From Candidatus Sericytochromatia bacterium (lineage in GTDB: Bacteria; Cyanobacteriota; Sericytochromatia; S15B-MN24; UBA4093): 64,000 nt of DNA. The stretch is from NCBI GenBank assembly GCA_036676985.1, contig JAKFBU010000004.1, positions 32,001 through 96,000 of the forward strand. The letters are read 5' to 3'. This document shows, in pieces, positions 10,633-18,095 of this stretch. Numbering within the stretch: position 1 is the first letter of the stretch; the number at the start of each line of letters is the position of its first letter. The position numbers and the translations under genes were made by a program. The notes under the pieces were generated by a model. The model saw nothing but the letters and a program-made list of their open reading frames with translations. It did no database searches and was not told the DNA's origin.

Positions 10633-13600
10633 CTAGAAGCTAATGCCGAGCTCCAGATAGCCCTGCGTCACCCCGTCCGTGGGATGCGTCCCGCGGGCGA
10701 CGCCCAGACGTAGCTCGGTGGGCACGTTCACGATCTCGAGGATCGTCCGGGCCTCCGCGCCCACGCCCACATGCGGCTCGCCGCTCAGGCGATCCGTCCC
10801 CACGAAGCCCGCCTCCGAGAACACCGCCCCCGACACCCGGCTCACCCAGAAGGGCAACGTCCCCGGACCCTGCTGCACCTCGGCGATCGGGAAGCGATAC
10901 TCCACGCTGCCCAGCGCCATCCGGTTGCCCGACAGCATCCCGCGCGAGTACCCACGCAATGGCTCCACCGCCACGCCGCCCACGTACCGCCGATCCACCG
11001 TCGTCAGGAGATTCGTCGACCCCGTGCCGCCCAGGTAAAAGTCGCCGTCCGGCTTCCCCAGGTTCGCCCCCGCCGCCGCACGAACGGCCAGCACATGGCG
11101 CTTCCAGGGCAGGCTCAGGTAGCGGCGGAAATCGCCCGAGATCCGGTCGAAGGACGTCGTCCCTCCGAACCAAGAGCCCGCCTTCTCGTACTCCAACCCG
11201 AAGGCATGCCCGTACTCCGGGCTGATCGCGAACTTCGAACGGTAGTTGTCCGCGTACGAGTAGCGCAGCACCAGGCTGTTGATCTGCCCTGGCTGCGGCT
11301 TGCCCTTGATGGCGTTGATGTCCGTCGGCGTGGGCTGCAGGGTCGACCCCGACCCGCTGTTGCGCATCCCCAAGTCGCCGATGGTCAGCCAGTTGTAACC
11401 GACCGTCAGCGAAGGACCCGTGATCCAGTAGGTGCCCAGCAGCTTGCTCGGCAGGCTCGGGAAGGTGGCCGCCACCGAGCCGCCCATCTGCCGCTGCCAC
11501 ACGTCGTAGGACTCCCGAGGGCCGCCCGGCAGGCGCCGGGTGACGGCGTAGGAGGTCGGCAGGTCGCTCAGCGCGAACGTGAGGCTCGGCGGCAACTGGT
11601 CGTTCTGGTAGTACAGCGAGTAGTAGGGCCGATTGCCCCCGAAGCCCCAGCCCGCGTTGATGAAGGCGTAGTGCTGCATCAGCACGTCCTGCGCGATGGA
11701 GTTCACGCCCACCATGTAGCCGTTCTCGTCGATGTAGCTCACCGGCGCCCAGTTCTTGGGCGCAAACGTCGGCCACGCATTGTAGGCATGGCTCGGGAAC
11801 GGGTTGGTGATGGTCGGCAGGTCCTCGCGCTCGGGGGCGACCGGCGCCGGAACCGGCAGGCCCGACGACGGGTCGTACACGGTCGCCGCCGAGAGGGGCA
11901 CCTCGCGCCAGGTGGCAGGGTCCACGGGCATGGCGTGGATGTCCCAGCCCTCGTGCGAGTAGCTCGCAAAGGCCAGGCGCTTGCCGTCCGGGGAGACGGC
12001 GGGCTCGATGGCCGCGCCGAGGACGTTGGTGACCTGGAAGACCTTGCCGTCCGCGAGGCGGTAGGCGAAGACGTTGAAGACGCCGCCCGTACGGTCCGAG
12101 GCGAAGTACAGCCACTTGCCGTCCGGCGACCAGTGCGGGTTGATGTCGACGGCGCTGTCGCGCCACAGGGGCTCCGGCTTGGTCTCGCCGGGCCGGAAGA
12201 CGTAGAGGTCGCGCGAGCCCGCCCGCCAGGTGGAGGTGGCGACCTGGTCGCCCTTGGGGGACCACGTGGTGCCCGAGTACTGCGTGCCGTCTTCGTTGGA
12301 CGTCAGCTGGGCCTTCATGGCGCCGCCAGTCTCGAAGAGGGCCAGGTTGTTGCGGCCGCTGCCGTTGAGCGTCGCGATGAAGTGCCGGCCGTCCGGCGAG
12401 ACCGCCGGATCGCTAGCGCGCTTGGCCTCGGTGAGCTGGTGGATCTTCTTGGTCTTGAGGTCGTAGCGGTAAATGTCGTCGTAGACGTTGAAGGCACCCA
12501 CGTCGCCCGCGGCCGAGAGGTACAGAAAGCGCCCCTGCGACAGGGTGTACGAGCTGGTGTAGAGCTTGCCGAACAGGCGCCGCGCGGGCTTGCCGTCCTG
12601 GGAGTCCAGCATCAGGGACGGGGACTGGCTCTTGGAGTACTCGGCGTAGAGGAGCTTGCCGTCTGCCGTCCACAGGGGGTGGCGGTGCTGAAAGCCCGTG
12701 GTCGTGAGGCGATCGCTCGACGTCACCGGTTGCTGCTTGATCACCGCGAGTTGCCGATCGGCCCGCTCCTTGAGATAGACCTTCAATTCGTCCCAGAGGG
12801 CGTAGGCGGACTTGCCGGGCAGCACCCGGCCGATGGCCTGGTTGATGCCGAGCCACGGAAAGGCGCCGTACTCGTGGGAGATCCGCCCCGGCACGTCTTC
12901 GCCGTACTTGTCGATCAGGTACTGGTAGAAGTAGGTCCCGTAGATGTAGGTGCTGGAGCCGCCCGGCCACTCGCTCAGGCTGCTCCAGCCCGTGGCCTGG
13001 TCGATGGAGAGCAGCTTGTCCGCCACCGCCGCCGAGCGGAGGATCATGTCGAAGTCCCCCTCCTTGGCGCGACCCCCGTTGCTGAAGCGCGACTCGGTGG
13101 TGACGGCGAGCCCTTCGATCAGGAAGACCGGCTGGAAGAGGTTGGGGTAGAGGGCCCGGCCGAAGATCTGGTTGACCAGGTCCGTGAGCCCCCCGTTGGC
13201 CTCGAACTGGGCCACGTGCGTGAACTCGTGCAGGATGATCTGCTTGAGCCAGCTCTCGTAGCGGCCCGACAGGTGGTCCTGACCCGGCGAGGTCAGGTAC
13301 ACGTACATCATGGAGTTCGGATAGGGGAAGGCGAAGCCGTTGACCGTGTCCTCGTTGTCGATGAGGGTCAGATCCGTCTTCTGGGTCGGCTTGACCTTGA
13401 GGAAGGGCGTGACCTTGGCGTAGGCCTCTTCGGCGAACACCGCCGCGCGCTGGGCGACGGTCTCCTGCCGGGCGTCGTAGTTGACGCGGAAGTGCGGCGT
13501 CTCGAGGGTGCGCCACGGGATCGTCGGATCGAACAGGGTCCCGGCCTGAGCCGGCGCGCCCAAGAGGGCTCCGATGGCGATGGCCAGGGCGATCGCCCCG

Positions 13601-13647
13601 GTCCTGGCTGCGTGACGGGTGCCTTGTGGACGGCTCGGAAACGGCAT
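10633..13647 (-). CDS. Omp85/BamA-family outer-membrane protein with N-terminal gluzincin domain and PD40 beta-propeller
   Basis: Signal peptide; ILHEFTH...LIEGLA; PD40 repeats (PAVSPDG, WSPDGK); barrel motifs LRGY, EYRFPI; C-terminal Phe (LGISF). Confidence 0.85.
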   Translation of the reverse strand: MPFPSRPQGTRHAARTGAIALAIAIGALLGAPAQAGTLFDPTIPWRTLETPHFRVNYDARQETVAQRAAVFAEEAYAKVTPFLKVKPTQKTDLTLIDNEDTVNGFAFPYPNSMMYVYLTSPGQDHLSGRYESWLKQIILHEFTHVAQFEANGGLTDLVNQIFGRALYPNLFQPVFLIEGLAVTTESRFSNGGRAKEGDFDMILRSAAVADKLLSIDQATGWSSLSEWPGGSSTYIYGTYFYQYLIDKYGEDVPGRISHEYGAFPWLGINQAIGRVLPGKSAYALWDELKVYLKERADRQLAVIKQQPVTSSDRLTTTGFQHRHPLWTADGKLLYAEYSKSQSPSLMLDSQDGKPARRLFGKLYTSSYTLSQGRFLYLSAAGDVGAFNVYDDIYRYDLKTKKIHQLTEAKRASDPAVSPDGRHFIATLNGSGRNNLALFETGGAMKAQLTSNEDGTQYSGTTWSPKGDQVATSTWRAGSRDLYVFRPGETKPEPLWRDSAVDINPHWSPDGKWLYFASDRTGGVFNVFAYRLADGKVFQVTNVLGAAIEPAVSPDGKRLAFASYSHEGWDIHAMPVDPATWREVPLSAATVYDPSSGLPVPAPVAPEREDLPTITNPFPSHAYNAWPTFAPKNWAPVSYIDENGYMVGVNSIAQDVLMQHYAFINAGWGFGGNRPYYSLYYQNDQLPPSLTFALSDLPTSYAVTRRLPGGPRESYDVWQRQMGGSVAATFPSLPSKLLGTYWITGPSLTVGYNWLTIGDLGMRNSGSGSTLQPTPTDINAIKGKPQPGQINSLVLRYSYADNYRSKFAISPEYGHAFGLEYEKAGSWFGGTTSFDRISGDFRRYLSLPWKRHVLAVRAAAGANLGKPDGDFYLGGTGSTNLLTTVDRRYVGGVAVEPLRGYSRGMLSGNRMALGSVEYRFPIAEVQQGPGTLPFWVSRVSGAVFSEAGFVGTDRLSGEPHVGVGAEARTILEIVNVPTELRLGVARGTHPTDGVTQGYLELGISF

Positions 13648-13757
13648 CCCCTCATCTTAGCGCAGGTGGCTCGGATAGGCCAATGGTCCGTCTGATGCGG
13701 ATCATGGCGATCCGTCGCGTCCGGCGCCCGTGAGCATGTTCGGCGGGTTCGTGCGCA

Positions 13758-13766
13758 TGGCATACT
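13758..13766 (+). promoter_or_regulatory. Putative extended -10 element (TGGCATACT) for the SDR gene
   Basis: TGn-CATACT about 65 nt upstream of the start codon; same form as the -10 candidates in the 150-bp repeats. Confidence 0.4.
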
Positions 13767-13830
13767 CATTGGAATCGGCGCAAGACGCGAACGTGGTGCC
13801 GAGCTTGGCGACGAAATGGAGGAGACCCCG

Positions 13831-14610
13831 ATGACCCGCCCCCTGACACTCATCACCGGCGCCTCGAGCGGCATCGGAAAGGCCTTCGCGGATCGGTTGG
13901 CCAAGGAGGGCCATGATCTCATCATCGTGGCACGCCGCCAGGCCGATCTGGAGGCCCATGCGGCCAAGCTGCAAGAGGCCCACGGCGGCAAGGTGCATGT
14001 GATTCCCATGGACCTGTCGCAGGCGAGCTCGGCGGACGAGCTGTTCGCGGAGGTCCAGCGGCGGGGCCTGGTGGTCGACGGGCTCATCAACAACGCGGGC
14101 GTAGGCCTGCACGGGGCGCTGGAGGCGAACGATCCGGGGACCCTGGAGCGGATGATCACGCTGAACGTGACGGTACTTAGCAAGCTGACGCGGTTGTTCC
14201 TGCCGGCCATGCTGGAGCGGAGATCGGGCGTGATCCTGAACGTGGCCTCGACGGCGGCCTTCCAGCCGATGCCGTACTTCGCGGCCTACGCGGCCACCAA
14301 GGCCTTCGTCCTGTCGTTCTCGGAAGGGATCGCCGAGGAGGTGCGGGACCGGGGCGTGAAGGTGGTGGCCCTGTGCCCCGGCCCCACGAGCACCGAGTTC
14401 AGCGAGTCGGCGAGCCTCAAGACCAAGGCCTTGAGCTACGCGAAGTTCATGACGGCCGAAGCGGTGGTGGAGGACGGCCTGGACGCCATCCGGCGCGGCG
14501 AAGTCGTGAAGATCTCCGGCCTGATGAACGCAGTGGCCGCACGGTCCGCACCCTTCGTGCCGCGGGCGCTCTTGAACCGGATCACGGGGATGATCTTCCG
14601 GCCCAGCTAA
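13831..14610 (+). CDS. Short-chain dehydrogenase/reductase (DltE-like)
   Basis: TGASSGIG, NNAG, NVAS, YAATK; GGAGGAG ribosome-binding site. Confidence 0.92.
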   Translation: MTRPLTLITGASSGIGKAFADRLAKEGHDLIIVARRQADLEAHAAKLQEAHGGKVHVIPMDLSQASSADELFAEVQRRGLVVDGLINNAGVGLHGALEANDPGTLERMITLNVTVLSKLTRLFLPAMLERRSGVILNVASTAAFQPMPYFAAYAATKAFVLSFSEGIAEEVRDRGVKVVALCPGPTSTEFSESASLKTKALSYAKFMTAEAVVEDGLDAIRRGEVVKISGLMNAVAARSAPFVPRALLNRITGMIFRPS

Positions 14611-14724
14611 GGCTTCTTGGAAAGTTAATCGAGACTTTCCCCTGCCTTAACGGTTTTTGGACAAGCCGGATGGCCGCGCTCCGGATAAGGATCGCGAAGA
14701 CCTCGACTGTTAAGGAGGACGGCC

Positions 14725-15753
14725 ATGATTTCCGGCGTCTCGAACTCGCCCTACGCTTACCGGCCCAAGGCCACCGCGCAGACGGCTGCCGCCGCTCCGA
14801 GCGCACCGGCTGCCGATAGCTCGGCGATCGCCCCCCGTCCTCAGCAGCCCGTGGTCCAGGCGGGTGGCGGCTTCGACGCCGCAGGCCTGCTCGACGGCAT
14901 CATGAACATGCTCAAGTCGGTCGGCGCCTTCTTCGTCGGCCTCTTCAACAAGATCTTCAAGAAGGGCGGCGAGCAGCCCGCCCCGGTGGACGACAACACC
15001 CTCAAGCTGGCCCAGCAGTACAACCTGCTGCCGACCAAGGAGAACGTCGACGCCTTCGTGACCGAGGTCCAGGGCTACGCGGCCCCCGGCCCCGGCGGCT
15101 TCCAGGTCCTCGGCCCCGGCAGCCCCAACACCGAGGCCATCGGCCAGATTCAGACCGCCCTCAAGGCCTGGGGCTTCCCCGCCGAGGTGACGGGCCAGTA
15201 CGACGCCCCCACCCAGGCCGCGGTCAAGGCCTTCAAGCAGGCCAACGGCCTCCACCAGACCTACAAGACGCCCGACGGCAACTTCGCGGTCAACGAGTAC
15301 TTCGACTACCAGACCTTCCAGAAGATGCAGGAGAAGATGAACGGCGGCGGCACGACCACCCCGGCTCCCGCTCCGACCCCGACCCAGGGCAACGGCACGC
15401 TCAACTGGCAGGCGATCGCCGACCAGTACAAGCTTTACCCGACCGAGGACAACGTCCAGGCCTTCCTCGCCGAGGTGAAGAGCTACCAGACCCCCGATGC
15501 CCAGGGCTTCAAGGCCATCGGCCCCGGCTACCCCAACCAGAACGAGATCCAGGAAGTCCAGGCCGCCCTCGCCCGCGTCGGTCACCAGGTGACCCCCAAC
15601 GGCCAGTGGGACGCCGCCACCGTCAAGGCCGTCATGGACTTCAAGGCCAAGTACGGCCTGCACCAGAACTACCGCTCGCAGGACGGCAACTGGGCCATCA
15701 ACGAGTACGCCGACAAGGCGATGCTCCAGAAGCTCTCGAGCCTCCTCGGCTAG
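14725..15753 (+). CDS. Peptidoglycan-binding-domain repeat protein (2 modules)
   Basis: Two copies of LGPG...IQ.AL...G...G.YD..T..AV..FK...GL (PG_binding_1-like); AAGGAGG ribosome-binding site; strongly biased codon usage. Confidence 0.8.
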   Translation: MISGVSNSPYAYRPKATAQTAAAAPSAPAADSSAIAPRPQQPVVQAGGGFDAAGLLDGIMNMLKSVGAFFVGLFNKIFKKGGEQPAPVDDNTLKLAQQYNLLPTKENVDAFVTEVQGYAAPGPGGFQVLGPGSPNTEAIGQIQTALKAWGFPAEVTGQYDAPTQAAVKAFKQANGLHQTYKTPDGNFAVNEYFDYQTFQKMQEKMNGGGTTTPAPAPTPTQGNGTLNWQAIADQYKLYPTEDNVQAFLAEVKSYQTPDAQGFKAIGPGYPNQNEIQEVQAALARVGHQVTPNGQWDAATVKAVMDFKAKYGLHQNYRSQDGNWAINEYADKAMLQKLSSLLG

Positions 15754-15774
15754 CCCCCTTCCCTCCTCCTTCGG

Positions 15775-15805
15775 GCCTCCCGGTCGCACGACCGGGGGGC
15801 TTTTT
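15775..15805 (+). terminator. Intrinsic terminator whose hairpin resembles that of the R1-R4 repeats, preceded by an anti-SD tract
   Basis: GCCTCCCGGTCGCACGACCGGGGGGC then TTTTT; upstream CCCCCTTCCCTCCTCCTT. Confidence 0.8.
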
Positions 15806-15938
15806 CGATCTCAAACTTTAACGCAAGGATCAGGAGGGTTTACCCGGGGCTTAAACGGATCCATCGGAACGCTGCCTATAACACTTTCAACGGAACCCAG
15901 TTGGTAATCTTTGGTGGACCAGTGAGGAGGATGCAGCG

Positions 15939-17528
15939 ATGAACATTGGTGGAGTGCCTCAGACCCGGCTTCCCCAGCGCCCCGCGGTCAAGGCCGGCGG
16001 CCCGACCGACGGCGTGCAGCCCACCTACGCGCCGCAGCCGACGACCTACGTCCAGCAGCAGCCGACCGTGCAGCAGAACAACGTGCAGCCGATGGCCAAC
16101 ATCTTGGCGAACGTGTTCAACGGCATCGTCAACTTCCTGAAGAGCTTCTTCGGCGCCATCGCCAACATGTTCAAGGGCGCGAGCAACAACACCGGCACCA
16201 CCCCCGGTACCACCACGCCCGGCACGACGGTCCCCGGCACCACGGTGCCCACGACCCCGGCGCTCGACCCCAGCCAGGCGGCGATCGCTCAGCAGTACAA
16301 CCTGCTCGCCACCCCCGAGAACGTCCAGGCCTTCCTCGCCGAGGTCCAGAAGTACCAGGCGGACGGCGCCCTCGGCCCCGGCAACACCAACACGGCCGCC
16401 ATCCGTGACCTCCAGGGCGCTCTGGCTCGCCTCGGCTACCAGCTGCCCCAGACCGGCACCTACGACCAGGCGACCGCCCAGGCGGTGATGGCCTTCAAGC
16501 AGGCCAACGGCCTCCACCAGACCTATCGCTCGAAGGACGGCAACTTCGCGGTCAACGAGTACGCCGAGACCCAGACCCTGCAGGTCATCATGACGAAGCT
16601 TCAGGCCCTGATGACCCAGCAGCCCCCGGTCCAGCAGCCTCCTGTCGCCCAGCCCCCCGTCGTTCAGCCCCCCGTCGTTCAGCCCCCCGTCATTCAGCCC
16701 CCCGTGGTCCAGCCCCCGGTTCAGCAGCCCGGTCAGCCCAACTTCGCCGCGATCGCCCAGCAGTACAACCTCCTGAACAGCGCCGAGAACGTCAACGCGT
16801 TCCTCGCCGAGGTCCAGAAGTACCAGGCGGAAGGCGCGCTCGGCCCCGGCAGCAACAACCAGGGTGCCATCCGCGACCTGCAGGGTGCGCTCGCCCGCCT
16901 CGGTTACCAGCTTCCCCAGACCGGCACGTACGACCAGGCGACCGCCCAGGCGGTGATGGCCTTCAAGCAGGCCAACGGCCTTCGCCAGGGCTACAAGTCG
17001 GCCGACGGCAACTTCGCGGTCAACGAGTACGCTGAGACCCAGACCCTGCAGCTCATCATGCAGAAGCTTCAGGCGATGATGACCCAGCAGCCCGCCCCGC
17101 AGCCCGCTCCCCAGCCCGCCCCGGTTCAGCAGCCCGCCCAGCAGCAGCCCGCTCAGCCGGCCCCCGGTCAGCCCAACATCGCCGCCATCGCGCAGCAGTA
17201 CCGCATCCAGGCGACCCCCGAGAACGTCCAGGCGTTCCTCAACGAAGTGAAGCAGTACCAGACCGACGGCGCCCTCGGCCCCGGCAGCAACCAGACCCAG
17301 GCCATCAACGACCTGCAGACGGTGCTCAAGAAGTGGGGGTTCAACGTCAATCAGAACGGCCAGTTCGACCAGGCCACCCAGGCGGCGGTCATCGAGTACA
17401 AGAAGCGCAACGGCCTGCACCAGTCCTACCGCGCTCAGGACGGCAACTTCGCGGTCAACGAGTACGCCGACAAGCAGACGCTCGAGCACATCATGAAGAA
17501 GCTCGAGGCCGAGATGAAGGCGTCCTAA
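15939..17528 (+). CDS. Peptidoglycan-binding-domain repeat protein (3 modules, Q/P-rich linkers), paralog of 14725-15753
   Basis: Three near-identical AIAQQY...ENVQAFLAEV...LGPG...LQ.AL...YDQATAQAV.AFKQANGL...DGNFAVNEY modules. Confidence 0.8.
   Translation: MNIGGVPQTRLPQRPAVKAGGPTDGVQPTYAPQPTTYVQQQPTVQQNNVQPMANILANVFNGIVNFLKSFFGAIANMFKGASNNTGTTPGTTTPGTTVPGTTVPTTPALDPSQAAIAQQYNLLATPENVQAFLAEVQKYQADGALGPGNTNTAAIRDLQGALARLGYQLPQTGTYDQATAQAVMAFKQANGLHQTYRSKDGNFAVNEYAETQTLQVIMTKLQALMTQQPPVQQPPVAQPPVVQPPVVQPPVIQPPVVQPPVQQPGQPNFAAIAQQYNLLNSAENVNAFLAEVQKYQAEGALGPGSNNQGAIRDLQGALARLGYQLPQTGTYDQATAQAVMAFKQANGLRQGYKSADGNFAVNEYAETQTLQLIMQKLQAMMTQQPAPQPAPQPAPVQQPAQQQPAQPAPGQPNIAAIAQQYRIQATPENVQAFLNEVKQYQTDGALGPGSNQTQAINDLQTVLKKWGFNVNQNGQFDQATQAAVIEYKKRNGLHQSYRAQDGNFAVNEYADKQTLEHIMKKLEAEMKAS
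16618..16730 (+). repeat. Intragenic 15-bp tandem repeat encoding QPPV(V/Q/A/I)
   Basis: Repeated CAGCCCCC(C/G)GT(C/G)NNN units, about seven copies. Confidence 0.8.
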
Positions 17529-17545
17529 GCCGAGGTTCCCAATCG

Positions 17546-17694
17546 AAGAAGCCCGCCGGGTGTGTCCGGCGGGCTTCTTGGTTTCTAGAGGTGAGGTGGT
17601 GCGCTCTTGATGCTGTCATCTTGCCATACGAGGGCTCGAGAAGCAGTTGCGTCGATCGCTCCTGATATGTGATCCTGCTATCGCCCGCTTGGCC
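17546..17694 (-). ncRNA. Repeat R1: putative promoter plus ~70-nt small RNA (RNA about 17540-17611)
   Basis: One of four homologous ~150-bp elements. Minus strand reads TGGCAAGAT (extended -10), ATCAAGAGCGCACCACCTCACCTCT, then the AAGAAGCCCGCCGG/CCGGCGGGCTTCTT hairpin. The repeat itself is certain; the ncRNA call is inferred. Confidence 0.6.
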
Positions 17695-17738
17695 GCTCGA
17701 TGGGACGAGCGCCTGCTTGATCCAAAGGAGGACGGTTC

Positions 17739-17963
17739 GTGACAGTCGAGATCCATTACTGCCAGATGTGAAACTACCTGCCGCGGGCGACCCGGGTGGC
17801 CGCCGAACTCAAGGAGACGCTCGGCATCGAGGCCGCGGTCATCGCGGGAGGCAAGGGCGTGTTCGACGTGCTGGTGGACGGCAAGCTGCTGTACTCCAAG
17901 CACCTGACGGCGACCTTTCCGGAGGAGGGCGAGGTGACCCGCCTGATCCGGGCGCGCTCGTGA
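17739..17963 (+). CDS. SelW/SelT/SelH-like (Rdx family) selenoprotein with CxxU motif
   Basis: AAAGGAGG RBS and GTG start. MTVEIHYCQM-TGA(17769-17771)-NYLPRATRVAAELKETLGIEAAVIAGGKGVFDVLVDGKLLYSKHLTATFPEEGEV; Rdx homology continues past the TGA. GC hairpin follows the UGA. Missing from the ORF track. Confidence 0.88.
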
Positions 17964-18095
17964 CGCGGTCGGGCTGCCTGCGCTCGCTTGGTCGTTTCCC
18001 GTTCCGGTGGAAGATGCCAACCTTCTGATCCCTCCCCGGGTTTTGGAACACTTGGGTATAAGATTTTTAGCTCACCGAACGAGAGATACTGCACG

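Noticed and set aside
15850-15885. Sigma28 (FliA) promoter upstream of the second PG-binding gene (TAAA...GCCTATAA)
   Set aside because: The spacer is 18 nt rather than about 15, and no matching pair was found upstream of the neighbouring genes.
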